From positions 202 to 64,201 of the forward strand of contig JBDNIW010000012.1 of assembly GCA_041688155.1 (NCBI GenBank): 64,000 bases of DNA, in the 5' to 3' direction. Shown piece after piece: positions 47,134 to 58,109 of this stretch. Each line of letters starts with the position of its first letter. Position 1 is the stretch's first letter. The position numbers and the translations under genes were made by a program. This DNA is from Minisyncoccota bacterium. Its GTDB lineage: Bacteria > Patescibacteriota > Minisyncoccia > Phycocordibacterales > UBA918. The notes under the pieces were generated by a model. That model did no database searches. It was not told where the DNA came from and was given only the letters and a program-made list of their open reading frames with translations.

Positions 47134-47946
47134 ATGGAATTACTCACCTACACATTCGTGCAGTACGCTTTCCTTGGGGGGATATCCATGGCTATGTTAG
47201 CGGGGATGCTCGGGCCCTTTGTCGTACAAAGTCGACAGTCAATTGCATCAGACATGTTTGCCCACGTTGCCTTGGCGGGTATTGGGGCCGCGTTGCTGGT
47301 TGGAGCGAGTCCTTGGTGGGGAGCCCTACCGGCACTGATTATCGTCAGTACCTTGATTTGGTGGCTGCTTGATTCTGGTACCTACAGTCCTGATGCGCTA
47401 GCGATGTTTTTCCTCAGTGGTGGTCTGGCTCTCGCACTGGCATTTGTACACCTTGCTCGGGACACAGTGTTTTCTTTTGAGAACTATCTGTTTGGAAGCA
47501 TCCTGACCCTTACCACCACGGACGTCTTGGCAATAGTTGTCTCGACCATACTGGTTGCAGGTATCGTCTGGTTTGCCTGGTATCCATTACTCGGGGCGAC
47601 TCAAAGTCCACGGTATTTCGTCCCATTCAGGCGAACACCTAAAGTAGTACAACTATTATTTTTCTGGTTGCTGGCGATTGTAGTGTGGGTAGGGATTAAA
47701 ACTGTTGGAGGGTTGTTGATTGGAGCGCTACTGGTAATCCCAGTCTTAGCCACCCGCAATTGGGCGACTTCGTTCAAGCAGTTAGTATTGCTTTCTACGT
47801 TTGCTTCAGTTCTCTCAGTATCCCTTGGTCTCATTACCGCACTCTACGTAGACCTGCCGCCAAGTAGTCTGATTATCGGTATGACAATTTTATTATTCAT
47901 ACTGCAATCGGTCGTACGGTTTATTATGCAAAAGAGGATTTTGTAG
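47134..47946 (+). CDS. znuB: metal ABC transporter permease
   Basis: SDMFAHVALAG, YLFGSIL, VGGLLIGALLVIP. Confidence 0.9.
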   Translation: MELLTYTFVQYAFLGGISMAMLAGMLGPFVVQSRQSIASDMFAHVALAGIGAALLVGASPWWGALPALIIVSTLIWWLLDSGTYSPDALAMFFLSGGLALALAFVHLARDTVFSFENYLFGSILTLTTTDVLAIVVSTILVAGIVWFAWYPLLGATQSPRYFVPFRRTPKVVQLLFFWLLAIVVWVGIKTVGGLLIGALLVIPVLATRNWATSFKQLVLLSTFASVLSVSLGLITALYVDLPPSSLIIGMTILLFILQSVVRFIMQKRIL

Positions 47947-48111
47947 CTGGAAATAATACTGATGTAGTGATTTTATAAAATCATTTAGACAATCCAACCA
48001 AACAAAAGAATCACCGCTTTATTGTATGCAGTAAAGTGGTGATTCTTTTTTAGTATCCTTGCGCTAACACGAGATACTATGTTCATGTTTATATGAGGTA
48101 CAATTGATGAT

Positions 48112-48767
48112 ATGGCACTAGAAGCAACTCACATTCGCTACGCCCCCGATACCAAGACCGTTTTGGTGTGACTGACGAAACTAAATACATCTCTGGTTCT
48201 ATCTACCCTGATAGTCGATATCCTACTGGTATCGACCGTACTCTTACACACGATAACTCTCAGATGGAGAAAGAATTTTGGAGTGACGATGACTTCCGTA
48301 AGGGATGGGCAGCCCATTTGTTATATGACAAAATTCAACACTCAGTCCATACTGACTGGTTCAAAGATATTCTACAAGAAGCTAACTCAGAAATGGTAAA
48401 CGAAGAAGATTGGGTCATTCGTTCGGCTTTGAAGATGTTGCAAGATATTGATGACATCAAACACTTTGATATTAAGGCTCACCTGGCATCGTTGTCTCAT
48501 ATTGAAACACCCAATGGTGAGGACGTGGCCAAGGTACAAGAATACAACAAGCTTTTTGTGGACATTTATAACAAGTCGCCAGATGTTTCTATAGAAGACC
48601 TCGAACAAATGTGGATTGATTGGGGTGTTTTAGTTGAGGCTGCTGCAAAGATGCGCGAAAAGTCTTATGAGATACTAGCTGATGATGTATTAATGGAGAG
48701 AGTGCGAGGTATCTATGTTGAGACGATGAATCGCACTGATGAATTCTTTAATCGATACTGCCTATGA
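48112..48767 (+). pseudogene. hypothetical (Zn phospholipase C-like N-terminus), frameshifted near 48150
   Basis: MALEATHIRYA in one frame continues as QDRFGVTDETKYISGSIYPDSRY..GWAAHLLYD in another. Confidence 0.55.
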
Positions 48768-49375
48768 GTATCAAAGCTATCTGCTTCGACCTCGACGGCG
48801 TCTACTTTACTCCGCAGGGAAAGCAGTCTTTTCAGGTAGCACTAAGTGAAGAGTATGGTGCTGACCCAACTGTTGTCGATGAGATTATGTATCGCAGTGA
48901 TGCAATGCGTGACCTGGTTACAGGGAAAATACAACCAGCAGATTTTTTAAATTACTTAAGGTCAGAAACAGGTATTCTTGCTACTGACGAAGAACTAATT
49001 GCTCGCTGGATTCGTGACTACAAAATAGATGTAGATGTACAAAAAGCAGTTCGCTCAGCTAAGGAACAAGGATTTATTACCTGCGTTTGTACCAACAATA
49101 ATGCAGCCAGGTTACCAGCACTTGAAGCTACGTTTGGTTTCTATAGTGACTTTGATGCAGTGGTTTCATCTCACGAAGTAGGTCACACCAAGCCAAGTAA
49201 AGAAATCTTCGAAGCACTGCTTGAGAAAATAGGGGTACAAGCCAGTGAGTTAGTTTACTCAGACGATAATCCTAATCGCCTGCAGGGAGCAAAAGATCTC
49301 GGGATTATTGTTTTTGTGTACGAAGATTTTACCCAATTCCTGAGTGAACTAAAGGTGCTTGGAATCACATTATGA
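48764..49375 (+). CDS. HAD family phosphatase
   Basis: FDLDGV, TNN, KP, SDD. Confidence 0.9.
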   Translation: MSIKAICFDLDGVYFTPQGKQSFQVALSEEYGADPTVVDEIMYRSDAMRDLVTGKIQPADFLNYLRSETGILATDEELIARWIRDYKIDVDVQKAVRSAKEQGFITCVCTNNNAARLPALEATFGFYSDFDAVVSSHEVGHTKPSKEIFEALLEKIGVQASELVYSDDNPNRLQGAKDLGIIVFVYEDFTQFLSELKVLGITL

Positions 49376-49935
49376 AAAACTGCATCATCATCCATGGCGG
49401 ACCGCTCACCGATACTCCAGAAAATCCTCATACCTTACACACGCTTTACTGGCACCCTTGGACTGCGACTGAGTTAGATACATACAATATTAAAACTCAT
49501 ATCCCAGCCATGCCTAATCCATGGAATCCTAAATATGATGAATATAAGAAAGTAATGGATAACCTGCCTGTAACGGAAGATTCAGTATTGGTTGGACACA
49601 GTAGAGGGGTCGCTTTTCTGCTGCGCTGGTTAGGTGATACAAAGCAGACAGTACAAAAACTGATTATGGTCGCGCCAAATCTGCGCACTGACAGTGCTGA
49701 CCTCGAGCTGCAGAGTTTTTATGATTTTGATATCGATGCTTCGATAAAAGAATTGGCTACAGAGCGAGTAGTTTTTACATCTGAAAACGATGACCTAGAG
49801 AACATAGAAAGTGCAAAGCTGCTAGCCGATGTATTAGAATGCAAAGTAATCAACCTACCCCAGCACGGCCACTTTATTACACAAGAGATGGGTACGGCTG
49901 AGTTTCCAGAGTTAATCAAAGAGATCGTAGATTAA
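49372..49935 (+). CDS. RBBP9/YdeN alpha/beta hydrolase
   Basis: IIHG, MPNP, VGHSRG, SENDD, GHF. Confidence 0.88.
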   Translation: MKNCIIIHGGPLTDTPENPHTLHTLYWHPWTATELDTYNIKTHIPAMPNPWNPKYDEYKKVMDNLPVTEDSVLVGHSRGVAFLLRWLGDTKQTVQKLIMVAPNLRTDSADLELQSFYDFDIDASIKELATERVVFTSENDDLENIESAKLLADVLECKVINLPQHGHFITQEMGTAEFPELIKEIVD

Positions 49936-50111
49936 ATTATGACCCTTGCAACATGGTAAAGCTTTGCCTAGGCCTTGACTAGGCACTTCGGCGCAATAAA
50001 TGGTGACCGAAATTCCCATACCCTCCGCAGCAATCAAACTTCGTCAGAAATCGGAATAGGATCACCCTACAGCTAAAGTATTGGGTGAGTAGGCGCCAAA
50101 TCAACGACCTA

Positions 50112-50666
50112 CTATCCTGGCAGTTCCTCGGCAACACGGGCCGACAGTAGTGAGACAACCCGCTGGAGTAATACTATAATCTGCCTCATGAGGGTTTCTC
50201 GCTCTGCATCTTCTAGTGTCACCTCGGTTGGTTGTGTGGTTGGTGGTGTAATCAGTGCTAGTAGATCTCGTGCTAGTTCAGAGTCGGGGGCAAACACTTG
50301 TATCACTTGTTGGTCGCTCAGCACATACACCGCTGCCGCGCCCTCTGCTGCCGGCTCGCCCGAGCATAAATAATTCCAGGTCTCATTGAAGGCAAACGAC
50401 ACGGTATCAGTTGCACCTAGTTCACCTTTGTACAAGGTGTTGGTCGTGATTGTCTGATCATGTTCGTCACCTACCGTCTCGATTGCGCCAGCGGTAATGA
50501 GCGCCACGGTGTAATCGTCTTGCGTTGCGTACTGTTCAAGTAGCTCGGCTGGATTCATACAACTCAGCGCAGCAGCAGGGCGGGGCAGGGCAATTATAGT
50601 AACTAGGATTAGTAACAAACTTGCTCCTATCAGGGCGGTGCTGCGGGTGTACGTGGTTGATGGCAT
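50112..50666 (-). CDS. secreted protein with NTR/TIMP-like N-terminus
   Basis: Signal peptide then AAA-LSC, YKG, C; C-terminal amphipathic helix. Confidence 0.6.
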   Translation of the reverse strand: MPSTTYTRSTALIGASLLLILVTIIALPRPAAALSCMNPAELLEQYATQDDYTVALITAGAIETVGDEHDQTITTNTLYKGELGATDTVSFAFNETWNYLCSGEPAAEGAAAVYVLSDQQVIQVFAPDSELARDLLALITPPTTQPTEVTLEDAERETLMRQIIVLLQRVVSLLSARVAEELPG

Positions 50667-50918
50667 AGCAGTAAATGATATCACAGCTAACGTCAGCGAG
50701 CCTGCTCGCTCAGCATCAGCACACTGATGAAGCAGTTCATGCAAGACGGTGGGCGCTTGGGATAATTTGCCTCTTAACTCCAGAGGCCGGTCCTCTAACA
50801 AATACAATAATTTGCAGTTCATCTTCGTCTAGGTCAGGCTAAGGCACTCCTCTTAGTAGAAAAAGCAGTGGTGCTCAGTGCTTTTTTAAATATTCTTGTG
50901 CTAGAATAGCCTGTTTTT

Positions 50919-52241
50919 ATGACCCTGTATCTGAATCCGCAAAAGACTTTTTATTACTTGCTTGGCAATAACCTAGTAGCTGATACGACCAACTATTTTG
51001 TTTGGTTTGCACTCACTTTTTGGGTTTTTATTGAGACCAACTCTGTGCTGGCTACTTCGTTTATTGCCGGTATTTTTGCGGTGGCTAATATGCTGGGGGC
51101 TATTTTGTTTGGTACGTTCGTCGACCACAATAAAAAGAAGACAGCGATGCTGTACTCGAGCGTGATTAGTTTTATTGCTTTTTTTCTAGGGACGGTCTTT
51201 TACTTCAGTGTTCCTGAAGCCACGTTTAGTGACCCGACAAGCGTTTTACTTTGGGTATTGGTGACCATATTAATGGTGGGTACTGTCGCTGGTAATTTGC
51301 GCACCATCGCGCTGGCAACTACAGTGACCATGTTGTTTACCAAAAACCGTGACAAAATCAACGGTCTAGTGGGAATGTCTAAAGGCGTCAGCTTTTCACT
51401 CACCTCTGTTTTGAGTGGGGTGACCATTGGATTTTTTGGTATGGACGTTGCTCTAGTGGCTGCGTGTACCGCTACTTTAGTGGTTTTTGTCCATCTGATT
51501 TTTATCTCGCTTCCAGAACCGGAAATTGTCCATACAAAAGACACTCCCAGAACGATGGATGTCAGGCGGACTATGGCCATAGTGGTCGCTGTCCCTGGGT
51601 TGCTGGGTCTAATTTTTTTCAACACGTTTAACAACTTTCTTGGTGGTGTCTTCCTGGCGTTAATGGATCCTTATGGTCTGTCTTTAGTATCAGTAGAGAC
51701 TTGGGGGTTCATGTGGGGAGTGGGCAGTCTAGCGATTATATTTAGTAGTGCGCTAGTGGTTAAGTTTGGCCTTGGTAGTCAACCGGTCCGCCTCATTCTT
51801 TTGCTTAACGTTGTCTCCTGGGTTAGTTGTATTATCTTCCCCCTGCAGCCATCAATTATCCTGCTCTTTTTTGGAATGGTGATGTGGATGCTTATCTTTC
51901 CGATCGTAGAGGCGGCTGAGCAAACCGTTATTCAAAACGTTGTACCGTTTGAACGTCAGGGTAGAGTCTTTGGGTTTGCTTCTAGTATTGAAGCAGCCGC
52001 GAGTCCAGTAGTTGTGTTTATGGTCGGTCCGTTAGCCCATTTTTTCTTTATTCCGTTTATGACTACTGGAGCTGGTGTCGCTCTCATCGGTAGTTGGTTT
52101 GGGACGGGAATGGATAGAGGGATTGCTCTGGTGTTTATCATGGCGGGTGTTATTGGTCTCACCGTGACTCTGCTGGCGTTTGCGACTAAATCATACCGCT
52201 TATTAGCACAGTATTACACCGATAACCAGATAGACAAGTAA
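50919..52241 (+). CDS. MFS transporter
   Basis: About 12 TM helices, GTFVDH.KKK, QGRVFG. Confidence 0.92.
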   Translation: MTLYLNPQKTFYYLLGNNLVADTTNYFVWFALTFWVFIETNSVLATSFIAGIFAVANMLGAILFGTFVDHNKKKTAMLYSSVISFIAFFLGTVFYFSVPEATFSDPTSVLLWVLVTILMVGTVAGNLRTIALATTVTMLFTKNRDKINGLVGMSKGVSFSLTSVLSGVTIGFFGMDVALVAACTATLVVFVHLIFISLPEPEIVHTKDTPRTMDVRRTMAIVVAVPGLLGLIFFNTFNNFLGGVFLALMDPYGLSLVSVETWGFMWGVGSLAIIFSSALVVKFGLGSQPVRLILLLNVVSWVSCIIFPLQPSIILLFFGMVMWMLIFPIVEAAEQTVIQNVVPFERQGRVFGFASSIEAAASPVVVFMVGPLAHFFFIPFMTTGAGVALIGSWFGTGMDRGIALVFIMAGVIGLTVTLLAFATKSYRLLAQYYTDNQIDK

Positions 52242-52336
52242 TCTGTGTCCAGCAAAGAATCAGTCAAAAAATATCGCCTAGCTGGGGGTTGATCAACCCA
52301 GTTACACGAACCGACACGTTTGGTATAATAGAAAGT

Positions 52337-53257
52337 ATGAAAAGTGAAACGGAAATTGCTGCGCTGGCTACAGAAGCTTTGGGTTTAGAGAATCTGTCTG
52401 TTTCGCTCCTGGCAGAAGGGTTTGGTAACCGCAATTATCTCATCGAAACAGGTAACAAAAAATTTGTCTTTAGATTAAAGAAAAGTATGGAATCTCAGTT
52501 TTCTGACTCTCTGGAAAAAGAGTATGTGTTCCTAAAGTACTTTGAGTCTCAAGGGATAGATTTCTGCCCCAAAGCGCTAGCACTTAATAAAAAAGAAAAC
52601 TTTTTAATCGAAAGTTATCTAGCGGGGGATGAGGTAACCCAAGCAGATTTTACTGATGGGCAGATTGATGAACTTGCTAGAAACTTGCAGCAACTATTTC
52701 ATCTGGACGTGGCAGCGTTTGCTGATTTTTGTGAACAAAATGGGTACAAAAAATTTACCTACCTTGACCCTGTAGCTTCTCTTAAAACATATGGTTTTGA
52801 TAGATATGAACAAGCAAAGCAAGGTGATCTTCCGGTAGAGGTGATGGCCTGGTTTGAAGAATCACTGGCTCAGAATTTAGAGCATATGACGAGTTTTGTG
52901 GGTGGTACTGAACTAGGTTTTTCGTGGGGAGATATTCAGTCAGAGGTTATTGTGGACAATGCCGGCAAGATGCATTTGTATGATTTTGAACACGTGAGTA
53001 TTTCCAACTCTTTTGGTCTGTCATACATAAAAATCCACGGCACCTTTAGCCCAAGTCAGTTGGACTACTTGGTAGGCAGATGTGCCCATCACTTCGGGCG
53101 CAACAAAGATGAGTTACTGCTCGATATTATTGCTCACGAAAAAGTAGTGAGAACAAATGATGCGGTCTGGGCGGCAATGAAGTGGACTGTCACAAAAGAT
53201 AGAAGTTTTGAATCCCAAATGTACGAAAGAATCGAGCTGGTTAAAAAACTAGATTAG
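52337..53257 (+). CDS. APH/choline kinase family phosphotransferase
   Basis: EGFGNRNY, FVFR, WGD, YDFE. Confidence 0.75.
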   Translation: MKSETEIAALATEALGLENLSVSLLAEGFGNRNYLIETGNKKFVFRLKKSMESQFSDSLEKEYVFLKYFESQGIDFCPKALALNKKENFLIESYLAGDEVTQADFTDGQIDELARNLQQLFHLDVAAFADFCEQNGYKKFTYLDPVASLKTYGFDRYEQAKQGDLPVEVMAWFEESLAQNLEHMTSFVGGTELGFSWGDIQSEVIVDNAGKMHLYDFEHVSISNSFGLSYIKIHGTFSPSQLDYLVGRCAHHFGRNKDELLLDIIAHEKVVRTNDAVWAAMKWTVTKDRSFESQMYERIELVKKLD

Positions 53258-53419
53258 TAGCCTTAGAAGGTTGGTCTCTAGAGTTGTCTGGAGAGTACGG
53301 TGTATTCTATGTAACGTGAACTCACCGTCACTGCTGCCAAAATGTTTGTGACGGTTACTGGTAGAGAACATTTATCGAGGTTCGCAGTGGTCAAAACACC
53401 ATCTGTAAAACTATTGTCT

Positions 53420-54064
53420 ATGAAATATACGAAATACATCATCGGCGTGCTACTAACAGTAGCGTTGTTTGTCGCTCTGGCGCAGTGGTCGCAGCAGCAT
53501 GTAGCGCTGCTACAAGAGTTGAGCAGCCAGGCTGGGTTTGTTGGTGTATTTTCCTACATCACCATTATGGCAGCGTCTATCGTGTTTGCGCCATTAGGGA
53601 CGGCGTTCCTGCTGCCGGTGGCGGCGACGAGTTATGGTCCGTTCCTAGCTGCGATCTACAGTATTGTGGGTTGGACGCTAGGTTCGGTGGGGGCGTTTTG
53701 GATTGCTCGTCACTTTGGGTTCAAGAAATTTAAAGAGACTCCGGTTATGCGACGGATTCAATCGTATGAAGCGTCGGTGCCTAAACTACAGTTTTATGGA
53801 TTGATTGTGTTGTTCAGGGTTGCCCTACCAGTTGATGGAGTGAGCTACGCTCTGGGGCTTGTCAGTACGATTAGTTATCCAGCGTTTATCGTGACCACTG
53901 TCCTTGGTATCACGCCGCTGGCGTTTGTGTTTACGTTTGCAAGTACTTTGTCAGCCACAATTCAGATTGCTGTTGGTGTGTTTGCGACGGGGTTATTTCT
54001 TGCCGCATCGTACGTTGCGTACCGAGGATATAAAAATAATCCTGGCCCAAAAGATATCCAATAG
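53420..54064 (+). CDS. VTT/TVP38 (DedA superfamily) membrane protein
   Basis: GSVGAFWIAR.FG, FRVALPVD.VSYALGL. Confidence 0.88.
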   Translation: MKYTKYIIGVLLTVALFVALAQWSQQHVALLQELSSQAGFVGVFSYITIMAASIVFAPLGTAFLLPVAATSYGPFLAAIYSIVGWTLGSVGAFWIARHFGFKKFKETPVMRRIQSYEASVPKLQFYGLIVLFRVALPVDGVSYALGLVSTISYPAFIVTTVLGITPLAFVFTFASTLSATIQIAVGVFATGLFLAASYVAYRGYKNNPGPKDIQ

Positions 54065-54257
54065 GTTGTACCATAATAAGCCGCTGCTCATGCAATGACC
54101 GTCCGGTCGCAACCTGCGCAGTAGTGCATGGACGAGCTGTTGGCCGGACCTCTGACCCTACTGTCGCTCAATACGCACAAACACGTGCATTCCAGGGTTC
54201 TAGTTGCGCTTCCCGGCAATGAGCATATAGTTACTGGTATAAGGACGGTGAAAAATT

Positions 54258-55979
54258 ATGCAGCCTACTCAACCAAACTCAATCTTCCGTCTGCTCACGC
54301 AATACAAATCGCTCATTGCCGGGGTGCTGGTACTTGGGGTCATCGCTAACGGTCTCACACTGGTTATCCCAACCATCATCGCTGATGCCATCGACACGTT
54401 TCGGGCGGGAAATTTTGCGCTGGAATCATTTGCGCTGACATTTTTCTTATTTGCGCTCGCCATTTTGGTGTTCTCGTACCTGCAGGGCATCGTGCAGACC
54501 TACGCGTCAGAATACGTCGCCAAAGATATCCGGGCGCAGCTCGTGGGGAAAATAGCGCAGCAGGACTTTGGGTTTGTAGAGACCTACAAGCCGAGTACGC
54601 TTCTGACTAATATCACCTCAGACATTGACTCAATCAAAACGTTTGTGGCGCAAGTGGTAGCGACTCTCGTATCGTCGCTGGTGCTGATTGTGGGTGCCAC
54701 AGTTATTTTATTTACTATCAACATCAAGCTCGCTGCGGCGGTACTGACGATTGTGCCGATTATCGGGATTGCTTTTTTCTTAGTGTTTCGCTTACTGCGA
54801 CCACTGTTTACCGCTAGCCGCGAAATCATCGACACTCTCAACGGCGTGATTAGTGAAACTATCATTGGCGCTGCACTCATTCGCACTCTCAACTCGGTGT
54901 TGCCGGAGCACGATAAATTTGCGGTGGCAAACGAACGCTCCAAAGACATCGGGCTCAGGATCCTGGGTCTTTTTTCTATTCTCGTGCCACTGATTACGCT
55001 GGTGGCGAGTATCGCGACGCTAATCGTGGTGGTACTGGGTGGGTACTATGTGATTTTGGGAGAGATGACTCTCGGCTCGTTTGTGGCGTTCAACAGTTAC
55101 ATTGGCATTCTCATTTTTCCGATTATCACGATCGGGTTTGTGAGCACGATTATTGCCCAAGCGAGCGCATCCTACGAGCGGGTCTACGTAGTGTTGTCGG
55201 CACCTGACGTTATAGCGGCTGGCACACATGTGACGACCCTAACCGGTGCGATTACGGCGACTGATATCGCACTGGCGTTTGACGGTAAACCAGCTCTGGC
55301 GGCGGTGTCGCTTAAGATACAGGCTGGATCAAAAACTGCCATCATTGGCCCCACTGGCGCCGGCAAAACCCAGCTGCTCAATATCTTGACCGGGCTGACC
55401 CAGCCGGATAGCGGGCAAGTAACGTACGACGACGTGTCCCTACGTGATGTGGCGCCGGACAGTTTCTTTCCGCAAATCGCCATCGTCTTTCAAGACAGTA
55501 GTGTGTTTAACACGAGTGTGCGGGAGAATATAGTGTTCAAGACTGACGTGGCCGACGCCCCGCTCCAGCTCGCGATAGACACGGCTGAGCTGGGTGAGTT
55601 TATCAACCAGCTACCGCACGGGCTTGATACCATCATTTCTGAGCGAGGGAGCTCTCTCTCCGGTGGGCAAAAGCAGCGCTTGATGCTCGCCCGAGCGCTG
55701 GTACAAAACCCGACCATTTTATTTCTCGATGACTTCACGGCGCGCGTTGACCCTAAAACCGAGCAATCAATTCTCGCGAACATTGCACTCCATTATCCTG
55801 ACCTCACCCTCATCTCAATCACCCAAAAAATCAGCCCCATTACCGCCTACGACCAGATTCTCCTACTAATGCAGGGTGAATTGATTGCGGCGGGCACCCA
55901 CCGTGAGCTGCTTGCTACGTCACCCGAGTACGTGCAGATTTATAACTCGCAGCGTTCAACCAGTACGTATGAACTATAA
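54258..55979 (+). CDS. ABC exporter, fused TMD-NBD, subunit 1
   Basis: GPTGAGKT, LSGGQKQR, LDDFT (degenerate site). Confidence 0.93.
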   Translation: MQPTQPNSIFRLLTQYKSLIAGVLVLGVIANGLTLVIPTIIADAIDTFRAGNFALESFALTFFLFALAILVFSYLQGIVQTYASEYVAKDIRAQLVGKIAQQDFGFVETYKPSTLLTNITSDIDSIKTFVAQVVATLVSSLVLIVGATVILFTINIKLAAAVLTIVPIIGIAFFLVFRLLRPLFTASREIIDTLNGVISETIIGAALIRTLNSVLPEHDKFAVANERSKDIGLRILGLFSILVPLITLVASIATLIVVVLGGYYVILGEMTLGSFVAFNSYIGILIFPIITIGFVSTIIAQASASYERVYVVLSAPDVIAAGTHVTTLTGAITATDIALAFDGKPALAAVSLKIQAGSKTAIIGPTGAGKTQLLNILTGLTQPDSGQVTYDDVSLRDVAPDSFFPQIAIVFQDSSVFNTSVRENIVFKTDVADAPLQLAIDTAELGEFINQLPHGLDTIISERGSSLSGGQKQRLMLARALVQNPTILFLDDFTARVDPKTEQSILANIALHYPDLTLISITQKISPITAYDQILLLMQGELIAAGTHRELLATSPEYVQIYNSQRSTSTYEL

Positions 55980-57738
55980 ACTCGGGTCAACTGAAGATCA
56001 GCCAGTGGTTTCTACCTGGACAGCGCTCAAGTCACTGTTGCGCTTTCTGGTTGATGAGAAACGGGTATTGCTGTACACCGGCGGCATCTCACTTATCAAC
56101 GCGGCCGCGACACTCGTGGCGCCACTTATTATTGCCTATATCATCGACACCTATATCGTGACGGCAGAATTCTCCGGGGTACTGACCTACGGCGCTATCT
56201 TACTAGGGTTGTATCTAGTGGCAGCGATTACGAGTTACCTGCAAACCAGGCTGATGGGTGGCGTGGGGCAGCGCGTGTTGTTTACGCTTCGCAGTGGGCT
56301 GTTTGGTAAATTGCTCGAGCTACCCGTTGCGTTTTTTGACGCCAACAAAACCGGCGACCTTATCTCGCGCATCAACAACGACACCGACAAACTCAACCAG
56401 TTTTTCTCACGCACCTTGGTCAGCTTCTTTATGAGTGCGGTGGTGATGGTCGGAGCTGCGGGGTTTATGTTGGTGCTCAATTTCAAGCTCGGCGTGGCCG
56501 CCTTACTGCCAGCCCTGCTCTTGATTGGGTTCACCCAAGTGGTTGCCCGCGTCATCAAACGAGCCAATAAAAACGCCGCGCAGGCCACTGGGGATCTCTC
56601 CGGTGAAATCGCAGAAAGTATCGCCAACTTTAAAGTCATCGTTGCGTTCAACCAGCGCCAATTTTTTACTGATAATTTTGCTCGCGCTAATCAAACCAAC
56701 TATCAAAAGGCCATCACGGCTGGGATTGCAAACGAGACGTTTGAACCAGTATTCTCGTTTGCAGCCTACGGGGCTCAGTTGCTCGTGCTGGCCTATGGGG
56801 TGTTCCTGATTACTGCTGGTGAACTGACCATTGGTCTCTTGATTGGGTTTTTGGTGTACGTGAGTAGTTTTTACGACCCCCTGCGGCAGATCGCTGGTCT
56901 GTGGGCTAACCTCCAAGTCGCGCTGGCCAGCTGGGATCGTATCTCGGTTATTCTACGGATGAAAAATACCATGCAGTATCTGACGCCAGGCGCGCAGCCA
57001 GAGGAAAGCTCCGTTGTGCCGCCCGTCATTACCTTTGAAGCGGTATCGTTTGCATACGTGGCGGACAGACCAGTGCTGTCCGACATCAATCTGTCGCTCG
57101 CAGCCGGCAAAACCTACGCGCTGGTTGGCCCCACCGGCGGGGGTAAGACCACCACCGCCGTGCTGATGGCGCGTCTGTATGACCCAACAACAGGGACAGT
57201 TTTGCTCAACGGCCAAGACATCCGTAGTTACACCGATGAACAGCGGACCCAGAAAATAAGTTTTATCCTGCAAGAACCAATCCTGTTCTCTGGCACTATC
57301 CGCGACAACCTGCTCTACGGCAACGCCGACCTGGTCGACTGCAGTGATCAGGAGTTAGGGGCGGTGATAACAGAGCGCGGGTTGCTGCCACTGTTGGAGC
57401 GATTTGAAGGCGGCCTTGGTACCAAAGTTGAGAACGCGGGTAGTGGTATTTCGCTCGGACAAAAGCAACTCATTGCCTTTATGCGCAGCATTTTGCGGCA
57501 GCCTGACCTACTGATCCTGGACGAGGCCACCGCCAACATAGATACCGTCACCGAGCAAATCCTCGAAAAAGTCCTAACGCAGCTGCCAAAAACCACCACC
57601 AAAGTCATCATCGCCCATCGGCTCAACACCATCGAAAACGCCGACGAGATTTACTTCGTCAACGCTGGTAGCATCAAGCACGCTGGCTCCATGGAGCAAG
57701 CCCTTAAAATGCTCGCGGCCGGGGTGCGGGGGAGTTAA
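55969..57738 (+). CDS. ABC exporter, fused TMD-NBD, subunit 2
   Basis: GPTGGGKT, SLGQKQ, LDEATANID, IAHRL. Confidence 0.93.
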   Translation: MNYKLGSTEDQPVVSTWTALKSLLRFLVDEKRVLLYTGGISLINAAATLVAPLIIAYIIDTYIVTAEFSGVLTYGAILLGLYLVAAITSYLQTRLMGGVGQRVLFTLRSGLFGKLLELPVAFFDANKTGDLISRINNDTDKLNQFFSRTLVSFFMSAVVMVGAAGFMLVLNFKLGVAALLPALLLIGFTQVVARVIKRANKNAAQATGDLSGEIAESIANFKVIVAFNQRQFFTDNFARANQTNYQKAITAGIANETFEPVFSFAAYGAQLLVLAYGVFLITAGELTIGLLIGFLVYVSSFYDPLRQIAGLWANLQVALASWDRISVILRMKNTMQYLTPGAQPEESSVVPPVITFEAVSFAYVADRPVLSDINLSLAAGKTYALVGPTGGGKTTTAVLMARLYDPTTGTVLLNGQDIRSYTDEQRTQKISFILQEPILFSGTIRDNLLYGNADLVDCSDQELGAVITERGLLPLLERFEGGLGTKVENAGSGISLGQKQLIAFMRSILRQPDLLILDEATANIDTVTEQILEKVLTQLPKTTTKVIIAHRLNTIENADEIYFVNAGSIKHAGSMEQALKMLAAGVRGS

Positions 57739-57745
57739 GATTACA

Positions 57746-57793
57746 TACGCTATCGCGTGTTACGTAGCATGCTACGTAACACGCGATAGCGTA
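57746..57793. repeat. perfect 48-bp palindrome
   Basis: TACGCTATCGCGTGTTACGTAGCA|TGCTACGTAACACGCGATAGCGTA. Confidence 0.95.
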
Positions 57794-57798
57794 CAAAA

Positions 57799-57958
57799 GT
57801 AACGGAAAAAACATGCATGAAGTCACCCGCACCGAGCAGCGTAGACTGTCAGTACTAATACCGGCCTACATCGCAAGAGAGCTGGGTATCCGCGAGCGCC
57901 AAAAGCCAGTCGTGCACCCTCAGGCTAAAAAATAGTTATAGAAGACTGGAAAGAGTAA
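57799..57958 (+). pseudogene. AbrB/MazE/SpoVT-like remnant 1
   Basis: LSVLIPAYIARELGIRERQK..(frameshift)..IVIEDWKE. Confidence 0.7.
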
Positions 57959-58109
57959 CCCAGACGTTCTTCCGTATAAACAACTACAGTCAAACCTAGT
58001 CCACGTCCGACCAGTTACACACGTGGTGCAGGTTGAGTGTATGGAGGCTCAAAATGGTGGCTGACTCATTTTCATTAGGGTTTTCTGGAACGTTTGTTAT
58101 ATTACATGT

